Shown: positions 24,139 to 34,337, numbered from the stretch's first letter. The stretch: 41,005 bases of DNA from Candidatus Anoxychlamydiales bacterium (GCA_011064745.1 JAAKFJ010000001.1:1-41005), one strand, 5' to 3'. The notes: generated from the letters alone by a model not told the origin. Numbers and translations: made by a program.

Positions 24139-25710
24139 TTATGAGGATTCTTCTGGTTTCATTATTGGAAAGAATATTACATCTCTGATAGAAGTTGAAT
24201 TGGTAAATAGCATGACTAATCTATCTATTCCGATTCCAACACCTGATGCAGGAGGCATTCCTTGGCAGATAGCTTCTATAAATTCTTCGTCCAGGGGATG
24301 TGCCTCTTCATCACCTTCGAGCCTTTTTTTAGCTTGGTTAACTAGCAACTCTCTTTGAATTTGGGGGTCATTTAATTCTGTGTAAGCATTTAAGACTTCA
24401 GTGCCGGCTATAAAGCTCTCAAACCTTTCGACTATTTTATCTTCTTTTTCTTTTGGATCTCTATGAAGTTTACAAAGGGGGGTGGTCTCGATTGGGTGGT
24501 CGGTTATGTGGTGAGGCTGAATTAATTTATCTTCAACGAGCTCTTCAAAAAGAAGGGCAATTAGATTGCCTCTTGTAGCACCTTTTAGCTTTTCTCTATC
24601 AACGGAAGTTTCAAGAAGCTTTTTATGAAGCTCATCATCTGAGAGTTTTTCAACATCTACAGAGCCATATTCTTTAATTGCTTTTTTCATAGAAAGGCGT
24701 TTCCAGGGAGTTTTTACATCTATAGTATGTCTGCCAAATTCTATTTTTGTAGAGCCACAAAGTTTTTTAGCTATAGATTCATAGAGTTTTTCTGTAAATT
24801 CCATCATATCATTGTAATCCCAATAAGATGCATAAGCCTCAATCATAGAAAATTCAGGATTATGAGTTTTATCTATCCCTTCATTCCTAAAAATTTTACC
24901 AATTTCAAATACCTTATTAAAACCACCGATGAGTAATTTTTTTAAAGATATCTCTAGGGCTATTCTTAGATACATATCTTGATGAAGAGCATTGATGTGA
25001 GTCTTAAAGGGTTTGGCCTCAGCGCCGCCATAAATATTTTGTAAGATGGGGGTTTCGACTTCTAAAAAGCCGGCTTCATCAAAATAGTCTCTCACCATCT
25101 TAATGATTTTAGAGCGCTTAATAAATGTATTAATAACGTCCGGATCTGTAATTAAATCTAACCATCTTTTTCTATATTTAACACCAAGATCAGCGAGGCC
25201 TGAGTGTTTGTCAGGCAGAGGAAGCAATGTTTTACAAAGCAGAGTAACCTTTTTGACAAAGATAGTTAGCTCGCCTTTTTGAGTTAGAAAAATGTTTCCT
25301 TCAATCCCTAAAATGTCACCTAAATCAAGTTTTTTTTCGATAAATTTGATATGGGACTGTTTATCTTTTGATTTTTCAACATTATATCCAGTAACTTTCG
25401 ATAGATCTCTATTAAACAGTATTTGAATTTTACCACTCTCATCCTTGAGTTGCGCAAAAGCATTTTTACCCATTGCTCGAAAAAGGATTAGTCTACCGGC
25501 AAATTTAACAACTGGCGTCTCTCCAGCGGCAGCATCATCGAAATGACCACACTTTTTTTCAGCATATAAATCATGGAGTTCTTTTGCCATATGAGATGGT
25601 TGAAATTTATGAGGGTAGGGCTCAATACCTAAATCTTTAATTTCTTTTAATTTACTTGATCTATTTTGAAATTCTTCTATTTCGTGATAATGAGGGTTTT
25701 TTATTTCCAT
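24139..25710 (-). CDS. lysS: Lysine--tRNA ligase (class II)
   Basis: OB-fold N-domain plus class II core: 'FLEVETPILQNIYGGAEAKPF', 'YLRIALEISLKKLLIGG', 'FRNEGID..HNPEF' and 'GVGIGIDRLVMLFT'. Confidence 0.95.
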   Translation of the reverse strand: MEIKNPHYHEIEEFQNRSSKLKEIKDLGIEPYPHKFQPSHMAKELHDLYAEKKCGHFDDAAAGETPVVKFAGRLILFRAMGKNAFAQLKDESGKIQILFNRDLSKVTGYNVEKSKDKQSHIKFIEKKLDLGDILGIEGNIFLTQKGELTIFVKKVTLLCKTLLPLPDKHSGLADLGVKYRKRWLDLITDPDVINTFIKRSKIIKMVRDYFDEAGFLEVETPILQNIYGGAEAKPFKTHINALHQDMYLRIALEISLKKLLIGGFNKVFEIGKIFRNEGIDKTHNPEFSMIEAYASYWDYNDMMEFTEKLYESIAKKLCGSTKIEFGRHTIDVKTPWKRLSMKKAIKEYGSVDVEKLSDDELHKKLLETSVDREKLKGATRGNLIALLFEELVEDKLIQPHHITDHPIETTPLCKLHRDPKEKEDKIVERFESFIAGTEVLNAYTELNDPQIQRELLVNQAKKRLEGDEEAHPLDEEFIEAICQGMPPASGVGIGIDRLVMLFTNSTSIRDVIFFPIMKPEESS

Positions 25711-25798
25711 GAGTTTGGCTTTCCTATTTTCATTTTTACTAAAATGGTATATAATGAGGACCTTTTTTTCAATTTGTTAAAATTAAAACATTAAATTA

Positions 25799-27082
25799 AT
25801 GAAAAGCTATTTTGTCAAAAAATCAACACTTAAAGGGGAAATTGTATCTCCAAGCTCAAAATCACAAACTATGAGAGCTATTTTATTTGCCTCTATTGCA
25901 AGTGGTCAATCTAAGATAAAAAATTTTTTAAAAACTGATGATATTTTAGCCTTTATTGATGGATGCAAGAAATTTGGAGCAAAAATTAAAGTAAAAAAAA
26001 ACAATTTAGAGATTCTGGGCACAAATAAAAAAATTAAACTTAAAAAAAATGTTATCTTAGATGTTAAAAATTCTGGGATAGCCCTGCGTTTTTTAACAGC
26101 TATCTATGCATTGGGGGATAAAAATATTTTAGTAACCGGGGATGAGTCTATTTGCTCAATGAGATCGATGAAACCCCTCATTACCTCTTTAAATGAACTT
26201 GGGGCTAAAATTACATCCAAAAAAATGCAAGGGTTTGCGCCATTAGATATAAAAGGGCCATTTAAGGGAGGCTCTATAAAAATTGACGCTAAAGATTCTC
26301 AACACATATCATCTCTTTTAATAGCAGCAAGTTTATTAAAAGATCCAATGAAGATAGAAGCTATAAATCCAAAAGAAAAACCTTGGGTTGCTCTAACACT
26401 TGAATGGTTAGATAAGCTTAATATAAAATATGAAAATTATAATTTTGAAAAATATGTTCTCTATCCAGCTAAAAAAATTGCAGCTTTTGAATATCTTGTA
26501 CCAACTGATTTTAGTACTATTTTGTTTCCCATCGTTGCATCTTTAATTACAAAATCTGAGATTAGCATAAAAGATGTTGTTTTTGATGTTTTTCAAAAAG
26601 ATCAAAAAACTATTGAAATCTTTCAAAAGCTTGGCGCTAAAATTGAAATAGATAAAGTTAAACAAGAAATAAGGGTTAAAAAATCTCACTTGCAAGGAAA
26701 TTTGGATTTAGATGTAGACGATTTTATAGATTCAGTGCCGATACTTGCTGTATTTGGGTGTTTTAATGATGGTAAAATAGTTTTGAAAAATGCTCAAAAT
26801 GCTAAAACAAAAGAGTCCAATCGCTTATCTACCATAACCGTGGAGTTAAAAAAAATGGGCGCTAAAATTAAAGAGACAAAAGATGGGTTAGAGATTGAAA
26901 AATCTATTTTAAAACCAGCTATTGTAAACTCTCATAAAGATCATAGAATAGCTCTTTCTCTTGTTATTGCATCTTTAGGAACAGATGGAACGCCTTGTGT
27001 TATTGAAGATATAGATTGTATTTCTAAAACCTATCCCAATTTTAAAAAAGATTTTCAAACTTTAAAAGCCAAAGTCCTATGA
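25799..27082 (+). CDS. aroA: 3-phosphoshikimate 1-carboxyvinyltransferase (EPSP synthase)
   Basis: 'LKGEIVSPSSKSQTMRAILFASIA', 'NSGIALRFL', 'KESNRL' and 'DHRIALSLVIA'. First gene of the aro operon. Confidence 0.92.
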   Translation: MKSYFVKKSTLKGEIVSPSSKSQTMRAILFASIASGQSKIKNFLKTDDILAFIDGCKKFGAKIKVKKNNLEILGTNKKIKLKKNVILDVKNSGIALRFLTAIYALGDKNILVTGDESICSMRSMKPLITSLNELGAKITSKKMQGFAPLDIKGPFKGGSIKIDAKDSQHISSLLIAASLLKDPMKIEAINPKEKPWVALTLEWLDKLNIKYENYNFEKYVLYPAKKIAAFEYLVPTDFSTILFPIVASLITKSEISIKDVVFDVFQKDQKTIEIFQKLGAKIEIDKVKQEIRVKKSHLQGNLDLDVDDFIDSVPILAVFGCFNDGKIVLKNAQNAKTKESNRLSTITVELKKMGAKIKETKDGLEIEKSILKPAIVNSHKDHRIALSLVIASLGTDGTPCVIEDIDCISKTYPNFKKDFQTLKAKVL

Positions 27083-27591
27083 ATATAATGCTTATTGGTT
27101 TTAAAAATTCTGGAAAAACAACCATTGGAAAAAAGCTTGCTTCATTTTTAAATAAAAAGTTTTTTGATATCGATGAAATAATTGAAGAGCTTTTTTACAA
27201 AAAATATGAAAAAAATCTAAAAGTTAGTCTGATATTTAATTTTTTAAAGAAACAAAAATTTAAAGAAATTGAAACTGAGGCTATTTTATCTTTAAAAAAT
27301 ATAAAAAATGCTGTGATAGCTACCTCTGGTAGTTTTATATTAAATGAAGACAATTTCAATATTTTAAAAAATCTAACAAAAATAGTTTATCTAAAGGTTT
27401 CTAAAGAGATATTAAAAAAAAGAGTTCAAGAAGATAAAGAGAATACAATTTTTAAAAATGATAAGTTTTTTGAAAAAGAATATGAAAAAAGAAAAGACTT
27501 ATATAGTAAAAAAGCCTTTTTTACCTTGCAAGCAGATGATATTAATTTTGATGAGATTCTAAGAATAATAAAAGGAAAAATCAATGAGTAA
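27079..27591 (+). CDS. aroK: Shikimate kinase
   Basis: Walker A 'GFKNSGKTTIGKKLA' followed by 'FFDIDEII'. 170 aa. ATGA overlap with aroA. Confidence 0.85.
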   Translation: MNIMLIGFKNSGKTTIGKKLASFLNKKFFDIDEIIEELFYKKYEKNLKVSLIFNFLKKQKFKEIETEAILSLKNIKNAVIATSGSFILNEDNFNILKNLTKIVYLKVSKEILKKRVQEDKENTIFKNDKFFEKEYEKRKDLYSKKAFFTLQADDINFDEILRIIKGKINE

Positions 27592-28681
27592 CTCTTTTGG
27601 TAAAATATTTAAAATCACTACTTTTGGCGAATCTCATGGACCCGTTATCGGAGTTGTTATCGATGGGTGCCCATCTCAATTAGAAATCACAGAAGAAGAA
27701 ATTAATTTAGAACTCAAAAAAAGAAGACCTAATAGCTCTAATTTTGTTTCAAGTAGAGATGAAAAGGATGTTGCAAGAATTGTATCAGGAATCTTAAATG
27801 GGAAAACAACTGGAGCACCGATTTGTATCATTATTGAAAACAAAGATATTAAATCATCCTCTTATGCAAATATTAAAGATGTTTTAAGACCATCTCATGC
27901 AAATTTTACCTATCTTAAAAAATATGGTATTTTTGATCATAAAGGAGCCTCTAGAGCTTCTGCAAGAGAAACTGCGGCTAGAGTTGCTGCCGGAGCGGTG
28001 GCTAAAAAGATTTTGAAAAAACAAAAAATTGAAATTTTTGCCTATGTTAAAAAAATTGGTAATATTACAGCCAATGTAGGCGATGATGATCTTTGTAAAA
28101 TTGATCAAAGCCCGATTCTTTGTCCAGATATTGTCGCGACAAAAAAGATGATGGAAAAATTAATAGCTATCAAAAAGGAAAAAGATTCAATAGGTGGGGT
28201 TGTTGAGTTTGTTGTAAAAAATGCAGAATCTTTAGGAGATCCAATCTATGATAAATTAAGTGCAAAGCTAGGATCTGCAATGATGAGTATTCCAGGAGCT
28301 ATTGGTTTTGAAATAGGGGATGGTTTTTTAGGAGCTCAAAAAAAAGGATCAATAAGAAATGATCGCTATGAGATGCAAGATGATAAAGTTATAACCAAAA
28401 CCAATAATGAAGGTGGTATTTTAGCCGGCATTTCAACTGGAAGAGATATTATTGCAAGGGTTGCTTTTAAACCAACATCATCTATTGGCAAAAAGCAAGA
28501 GACAATCGATATCTACGGGAAAAAAATATCTTTTACTCTTCTCTCATCTAGACATGATATTTGTATAGCAATCAGAGCGTGTATTGTAGTTGAGGCTATG
28601 TGCTCATTAGTCCTTGTAGATTCTTTACTTTTAAATAAAATAGCCAAGTTGGACCATGAAAAAGCTCATAGTCAATCATAA
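27584..28681 (+). CDS. aroC: Chorismate synthase
   Basis: 'FKITTFGESHGPVIGVVIDGCP', 'RPSHANFTY', 'GASRASARETAARVAAG' and 'NNEGGILAGISTG'. Confidence 0.95.
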   Translation: MSNSFGKIFKITTFGESHGPVIGVVIDGCPSQLEITEEEINLELKKRRPNSSNFVSSRDEKDVARIVSGILNGKTTGAPICIIIENKDIKSSSYANIKDVLRPSHANFTYLKKYGIFDHKGASRASARETAARVAAGAVAKKILKKQKIEIFAYVKKIGNITANVGDDDLCKIDQSPILCPDIVATKKMMEKLIAIKKEKDSIGGVVEFVVKNAESLGDPIYDKLSAKLGSAMMSIPGAIGFEIGDGFLGAQKKGSIRNDRYEMQDDKVITKTNNEGGILAGISTGRDIIARVAFKPTSSIGKKQETIDIYGKKISFTLLSSRHDICIAIRACIVVEAMCSLVLVDSLLLNKIAKLDHEKAHSQS

Positions 28682-29729
28682 AAATCTGAGTTACCCTATC
28701 TTTTTTAAAAAAGGTCTTTTAAATGATTTATTTATAGTAGATTTTTGTCTCAAATTATCTAATTCTATAGTGATTATTACTCATAAAAGTATTGAAAATT
28801 CTTTAGCCAAACCTATTTTAGAAAAATTTAGAAAAAAAAATATAAAGGTAAAACTTATTAGTTTTTCTGATGGAGAAAAGAATAAAAGCAGAAAAACCAA
28901 AGAACTAATAGAAGAGCAAATGCTTAAAAATAATTTTACAAGAAAGACTTTGATCATAGCAATCGGAGGTGGGATAGTACTTGATATGGCCGGTTTTATT
29001 GCAGCCACCTATATGAGAGGAATCCCTTATGTTTCAATTCCGACAACTCTGCTTGCTATGGTTGATGCCTCGATTGGGGGTAAAACAGCGATCAATAGCA
29101 AATATGGAAAAAATTTGATCGGGGCTATTCACCATCCTAAAGGGGTGTTTATGGATTTCGAAGTTTTAGAAAACTTAGCAAACAAAGAAACAAAAAATGG
29201 TCTCACCGAGATGCTAAAACATGCTCTTATTTTGAAAAAAAAATATTTTTATGATCTTTTATCTGCTGAAAAGATTACTCAAGATTTGATAGTTGAGAGC
29301 GTAAAAATTAAAAAAGAGATTATTGAAAAAGATGAAAATGATTTATCGTTTAGAAATATTTTAAACTTTGGTCATACAATTGCTCATGCACTCGAGATGA
29401 GCTTAGAGTATAAAATATCCCATGGAGAAGCTGTAGCAATAGGTATTCTAGTCGAGAGTTTCATCTCTTATAAAATGAATTTCTTACCTTTAAAAGAGTT
29501 CAATGAAATCAAACGTTTTATGGAAATAAAAAAATTAATACCCCATTTTTTTAAAATACCAAAAGATAAATTCATTGATGCTTTAAAGAGGGATAAAAAA
29601 AATATTGATTCTATCAATCGTTTCACTTTATTAAAAAATATCGGTAAATCAATAAATAATGTTGAAATTATTAAAAATCATGTAGTAAACTACATGTTTT
29701 TTGCTTATGGAGGGCTAAATGAAGGGTAA
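28656..29729 (+). CDS. aroB: 3-dehydroquinate synthase
   Basis: 'IAIGGGIVLDMAGFIAATYMRGIPYVSIPTTLLAMVDASIGGKTAIN' and 'LNFGHTIAHALE..ISHGEAVAIG'. Confidence 0.93.
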   Translation: MKKLIVNHKNLSYPIFFKKGLLNDLFIVDFCLKLSNSIVIITHKSIENSLAKPILEKFRKKNIKVKLISFSDGEKNKSRKTKELIEEQMLKNNFTRKTLIIAIGGGIVLDMAGFIAATYMRGIPYVSIPTTLLAMVDASIGGKTAINSKYGKNLIGAIHHPKGVFMDFEVLENLANKETKNGLTEMLKHALILKKKYFYDLLSAEKITQDLIVESVKIKKEIIEKDENDLSFRNILNFGHTIAHALEMSLEYKISHGEAVAIGILVESFISYKMNFLPLKEFNEIKRFMEIKKLIPHFFKIPKDKFIDALKRDKKNIDSINRFTLLKNIGKSINNVEIIKNHVVNYMFFAYGGLNEG

Positions 29730-31137
29730 TCAAAATTCGGGTATGTTAACAGCTATAATTACAGGACCTGATCTTTTTTCAGCAAAGAGACAAATCAAAA
29801 ATGCGAAACAAGCTGAGGCAATAGAGATAAGATTGGACTATCTTGATTCTATAGATTTGGAAAAAATCAAAAAACTTCAAAATTACACTGATAAAAAAAT
29901 CATCTTTTCCCTCAGAAACAAGGAACATGGTGGTAAATATCTCCAACATGATAAGAAAAAATATTTTGATTTAACCAGACTGTTTTCTTTAAAACCTGAT
30001 TTTTTTGATCTTGAACATGATACTTCTTTAGAATTCATGGAAAAAATGAAAAATTTATACCCTGATATCAAAATTATTTTTTCATATCATAATTTTAATT
30101 ATACACCTGATAATTTGGATGAAATTTTACAAAAACTCAAAAAAAATCCCCATGCAACTTTTTATAAAATTGCAACTTATGCAAAAAGTTCAATCGATGC
30201 TCTTAAAATACTTGAATTTATTAAAAATAATCAAAATGAAAATCTGATCGCTATTCCAATGGGAGAAAATGGCTCTTTTGTAAGAGTTGTATCTAATATC
30301 TATAACAATAAAATAACTTATGTTTATGTCGATAAGAAAAATGCTTTAGGCCAAATTTCAATAGATGATATGACGAATGTGTATTCGATAAAAAATATCA
30401 ATTCAAATACCGATATCTTTGCACTTTTAGGTTATCCAACGGGACAAAGCTTTAGTCATGTTTTTCATAATTCAGAGTTTTTGAAACAAGAAAAAGATGC
30501 AGTCTATGTAAAAATAAATCTTCAAGGACATGAATTGCCAATTTTTTTCTCTTTTGTGAAAAAATTTCCATTTAAAGGTTTTAGCGTAACGATGCCTCTA
30601 AAAGAAAAGATTTTATCATTTATCACAGAAGATCTAGCAAATGTTGATTCTATCAATACTATTATAATCAAGGATGAAAAGTTGCTTGGTTACAACACAG
30701 ATGGAGTCGCTGCTTTAGATGCGATAGAGAGAAAGATGAAAGTTAAAGATAAAAAGGTTCTTCTTCTTGGAGCTGGTGGTGTTGCTAAAGCAATTGCGCA
30801 TGAAGCTATAAAAAGAAAAGCAAATCTTATTGTTTTAAATCGCAATCAAACAAAAGCATTTGATCTAGCCTCTAAACTTCAATGTAGAGCTTACTCTTTA
30901 GATAAAATCTCTGAGGTTATGCGAGAGGGCTATGATGTGATTATTAATGCTACATCATCAAGCAGAGAAAATATTAGCATTGTCCCTTTTGAAAGATTGG
31001 TTCCTGGCACAATTGTTATGGATGTTGTTGCAACACCTGTTGAAACTGTTTTGCTTAAAAATGCTCAAGATAAAGGCTGTTTAGTGATATATGGGATGGA
31101 AATGTTTATCAATCAAGCCAAAAGACAGTTTGTTTAA
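29719..31137 (+). CDS. aroDE: Bifunctional 3-dehydroquinate dehydratase (type I) / shikimate 5-dehydrogenase
   Basis: The N-terminal half is AroD-like ('AIEIRLDYL', 'IFSYHNF', 'YKIAT'). The C-terminal half is AroE ('FKGFSVTMPLKE', 'GYNTDG', Rossmann 'LLGAGGVAKAIA'). This fusion is known from Chlamydia and plants. Confidence 0.9.
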   Translation: MKGNQNSGMLTAIITGPDLFSAKRQIKNAKQAEAIEIRLDYLDSIDLEKIKKLQNYTDKKIIFSLRNKEHGGKYLQHDKKKYFDLTRLFSLKPDFFDLEHDTSLEFMEKMKNLYPDIKIIFSYHNFNYTPDNLDEILQKLKKNPHATFYKIATYAKSSIDALKILEFIKNNQNENLIAIPMGENGSFVRVVSNIYNNKITYVYVDKKNALGQISIDDMTNVYSIKNINSNTDIFALLGYPTGQSFSHVFHNSEFLKQEKDAVYVKINLQGHELPIFFSFVKKFPFKGFSVTMPLKEKILSFITEDLANVDSINTIIIKDEKLLGYNTDGVAALDAIERKMKVKDKKVLLLGAGGVAKAIAHEAIKRKANLIVLNRNQTKAFDLASKLQCRAYSLDKISEVMREGYDVIINATSSSRENISIVPFERLVPGTIVMDVVATPVETVLLKNAQDKGCLVIYGMEMFINQAKRQFV

Positions 31138-33365
31138 AAGAAAGTTGAGATTGGGTCTATATCTATAAATAGATTTACTCTGCTCGGGAGAATTAGCTCT
31201 TTTTTCGTTTTGTTTATAATTTCAGTGAGATAGATCATTTTTTTACCTCTGATTAGAAATTGGAATCTAAAGACATCTTTTACTTTTGCTCTGCCAGAAG
31301 GGAGCACGGGATGGATCTTATAGTTTGAGCTTAGATTGTTGATTAGTTTATCTCTAAATTTTTCTGCAAAGTATTTTGCTTTTTGTTCATCAGAGGATGA
31401 AATCGCGATTTTTGCTATCTGAGAAAAAGGGGGGTAATCAAAGGCTTTTCTGTTTTCAATCTCTAAATTATAAAAACTTAAATAATCTTGTTTGGCAGCA
31501 AAGCCTATAGCTTCATTTTGAGGCATATAGGTTTGAATAATTACCTCTCCAGAGAGTTCTGCTCTACCCGCTCTTCCGCAGGCCTGTGTTATTAATTGAA
31601 AAACAGTTTCAGCGGATCTAAAGTCAGGGATATTTAAAGCACCATCGGTATTCAATATACCAACGAGCGTTACGGATGGGAAATGAAGACCTTTTACAAT
31701 CATTTGAGTACCGATTAAAACATCAGCTTTACCAGCTTTAAATTGCTTGAAATATGTTTCGTGACTATTTTTAGAGCCTGTTGTATCTCTATCGACTCTA
31801 ATTGTTCTAATGTTTGGAAAAATTGCATGCAAAGCGCTTTGGATGTGTTCTGTTCCAAAACCCTTATATTTTATATATTCAGAGCTATTGCAGCTTGGGC
31901 AATTTTTATGAACATGAGATTTGTAACCACATAGATGACAGGCTAGAAGATTATCCTTTTTATGATAGGTGAGAGTGATATCACAATGTTTGCATTTAAA
32001 TACGTAAGAACAATTTAAACAGTGTAACGATGTGTTATAACCTCTTCTATTTAAAAAAAGCAGAGTCTGTTCTCCTTTTTCGCATCTTTTTTCAATAGCT
32101 TTCAAAAGATCTAACGAAAAATAACTTTTCGATTTTTTGATTTCATTTGTCATGTTTATTACTTTGACAGTAGCAAGCGTTGCCTTGCCAACACGTTTGG
32201 GTAAAGTGCTTAAGATGTATTTATTTTTCAAAGCATTATAATAGCTCTCTATAGATGGGGTAGCGCTAGCAAGCACAACCGTTGCATCTACATATTTAGC
32301 TCTCATAATAGCTAGATGTTTAGCGCTATAGGTTGGAGCTTCTTCCGTTTGTTTATAAGACGAGTCATGCTCTTCATCAATAATTATCAAACCGATATTT
32401 TGAATAGGACAAAATATGCAGGATCTAGCTCCTATAACTATTTTAGCCTCGCCTGAGTGAATGCTCTTCCACGCTATATTTTTTTCACCTGAACTTTTTT
32501 TGGAATGCAGTACTGCAATTTTTTCTTTAAAACGAGATCTAAATCTTTCGATAGTTTGAGAGGTTAGAGCAATTTCTGGAACCATCATGATAGCGGTTTT
32601 ATTTAACGCTAGCGTTTGTTCAATAGCCTGCAGATAGATCTCTGTTTTACCGCTACCTGTTATTCCAAAAATCAAGTGGGTTTCAAACTTATTTTTTTTT
32701 ACACTTTCTACAATTTTATCAAGCGAAACTTTTTGATCATTATTTAATTTTTTGGGCTTTGTCTGAAAAAATTCAGCATTTTTTAAAATGTCTGTTTCAT
32801 CAGCCAAAACTTTTTTGGAAATAAAAACCTTTTTTCTAATTAAGCTATCGATTGGGGATCTTGTAAGATTTGTTTTAGATAATAGATCAGTAAGTAAAAT
32901 GCCTTTTTTTACTTTCAATAAAAATTCAATAGCTTTGGCTTGCTTTAGACCTTTTTTTGAGACCAGCAGATCTTGCAATATTTTTATAAGCTCTTTTTTT
33001 GTTTTGTTAGAAGAAATATAAATACTATATTTGGGATTTATCTCATCTCTTATGCTAGATGGGATTATAAATTTAAAAATTTTAGATAAAGATGTGCAAT
33101 AATATTTAGACATCCAAAAGGCAAGTTTGAAAATGTCTTTGGAGATAACCTCTTTTGAGATGAGTCTATTAATTTTTAAAGTTTTATTGATAGTTGTATG
33201 GCTTTTTAATGATATTACAAAGCCTTTTTTTAGCCTTCCTCTCAGTGGCACTTCAACTAACATGCCTTCTTTTATTTGAGATAGCATTTCTTTTGGAATT
33301 GAGTAGTCTAAAGATTTACCAATATTGCTTTCTAATATTACGGCTGCAATAGTCTTATTTGTCAT
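31134..33365 (-). CDS. priA: Primosomal replication-restart helicase PriA
   Basis: Walker A 'GITGSGKTEIY', 'IIIDEEHD', the Cys-rich zinc-binding insert 'CLNCSYVFKCKHCDITLTYHKKDNLLACHLCGY..CPSCNS', and 'GRAGRAE'. Confidence 0.95.
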   Translation of the reverse strand: MTNKTIAAVILESNIGKSLDYSIPKEMLSQIKEGMLVEVPLRGRLKKGFVISLKSHTTINKTLKINRLISKEVISKDIFKLAFWMSKYYCTSLSKIFKFIIPSSIRDEINPKYSIYISSNKTKKELIKILQDLLVSKKGLKQAKAIEFLLKVKKGILLTDLLSKTNLTRSPIDSLIRKKVFISKKVLADETDILKNAEFFQTKPKKLNNDQKVSLDKIVESVKKNKFETHLIFGITGSGKTEIYLQAIEQTLALNKTAIMMVPEIALTSQTIERFRSRFKEKIAVLHSKKSSGEKNIAWKSIHSGEAKIVIGARSCIFCPIQNIGLIIIDEEHDSSYKQTEEAPTYSAKHLAIMRAKYVDATVVLASATPSIESYYNALKNKYILSTLPKRVGKATLATVKVINMTNEIKKSKSYFSLDLLKAIEKRCEKGEQTLLFLNRRGYNTSLHCLNCSYVFKCKHCDITLTYHKKDNLLACHLCGYKSHVHKNCPSCNSSEYIKYKGFGTEHIQSALHAIFPNIRTIRVDRDTTGSKNSHETYFKQFKAGKADVLIGTQMIVKGLHFPSVTLVGILNTDGALNIPDFRSAETVFQLITQACGRAGRAELSGEVIIQTYMPQNEAIGFAAKQDYLSFYNLEIENRKAFDYPPFSQIAKIAISSSDEQKAKYFAEKFRDKLINNLSSNYKIHPVLPSGRAKVKDVFRFQFLIRGKKMIYLTEIINKTKKELILPSRVNLFIDIDPISTFF

Positions 33366-34284
33366 TTTTTATATTTTGTATTTTTAGTTTTAAAGCTTGA
33401 AAAAGTGAAGATTTCAAAGTTGGCTCTTTAAAATATAGTGATATATCCGGGAGTAAAAAAAGAGGAATATCATTTAGATATTTTTCATTAAGAGAGGGCT
33501 TTTCTTTGTAATGTTTTCTAAGATTTGGAAGTTCAAATATCGTATAGTCTGCAGAGATAATCAAAAACATTTCCTTTTGAGATAGAAAAATATCCCAATT
33601 ATTTTCTTTTTCTATCAAATAAGCCGAGACCACTTTAGATGGGTAAAAATAAATATCTAAAGCAACTGATAATTTATCTAAAAATTTGTAAAACTTTTCA
33701 TTTTCTCTGTAAGCTAAGATTGTAATATTAGCCGCGATATTTTTTAGCTTATATTTTTGAGATTTTTGTTTTGCTATTTTATCATCTAATGGTTTTGCTA
33801 AAGACATTGATGGAAATATTTGGGCAATATCTTTTTTTATATCATTAAAAGAATCATCAAAAACTTTTGGTTTGTTATCTAGGATAATCTTTTTTGTATC
33901 GAGAGGTGGTTTAACAGGTTCTGGCTTTTTTGGTAGCACAAAAGTTTTATCGTCTTTTATTTGAGAAGTTTCTTTGGTACTTGGTTTTAAAGCCTCTTTT
34001 TGAGGCTGGGTGCTATCTGGGTTTTTTTGGGTTATATCTTGTGTTTTTTGAACCTCTTTAGAAGATAAAGATGGGTTTTGAGTGGGAGATATTTGCTTGA
34101 TAAATCCAACATTATATTTTTTCTTTTCAATAAGATTGGGAGTGCGAGGATTTGATTTTTTTCTTGCATTTTGCATATCTTTTTTAAAAAAATCAGAATT
34201 AGAATCTATAAATATTGTATCTGAGTTTTCTAAAAAAGAGATGGTGTCTTTAACGAGGGTTTTATATTTTTTTAGATTAGACAT
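33355..34284 (-). CDS. Hypothetical protein with a disordered P/K/Q/T-rich centre and a structured C-terminal domain
   Basis: 309-aa ORF whose stop overlaps the priA start by 11 nt (co-transcribed). I recognise no motif. Confidence 0.65.
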   Translation of the reverse strand: MSNLKKYKTLVKDTISFLENSDTIFIDSNSDFFKKDMQNARKKSNPRTPNLIEKKKYNVGFIKQISPTQNPSLSSKEVQKTQDITQKNPDSTQPQKEALKPSTKETSQIKDDKTFVLPKKPEPVKPPLDTKKIILDNKPKVFDDSFNDIKKDIAQIFPSMSLAKPLDDKIAKQKSQKYKLKNIAANITILAYRENEKFYKFLDKLSVALDIYFYPSKVVSAYLIEKENNWDIFLSQKEMFLIISADYTIFELPNLRKHYKEKPSLNEKYLNDIPLFLLPDISLYFKEPTLKSSLFQALKLKIQNIKNDK

Positions 34285-34337
34285 ATTTACTTAACTTTTT
34301 TTTCTATCATATACCATGGGGAAAGAAAAAAACAAAT

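Noticed and set aside
24086-24358. 90-aa plus-strand ORF starting in the SDR-remnant/lysS intergenic region.
   Set aside because: It begins inside the bidirectional terminator hairpin and runs antisense through the conserved C-terminal class II motif region of lysS. Its composition is shadow-like.
29719-31137. Possibility that the AroD-AroE or MurC-Ddl single ORFs are assembly or frameshift artefacts joining two genes.
   Set aside because: Both fusions are established features of Chlamydia genomes. In each case the linker region reads through in frame, with no homopolymer slippage site at the junction that would suggest an artefact.
34297-34333. T8/A7 complementary runs downstream of ftsY (TTTTTTTTCT ... 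AGAAAAAAA) as a terminator hairpin.
   Set aside because: The stem would be nearly all A-T with an ~18-nt loop. It is thermodynamically weak and indistinguishable from the homopolymer runs common throughout this window.
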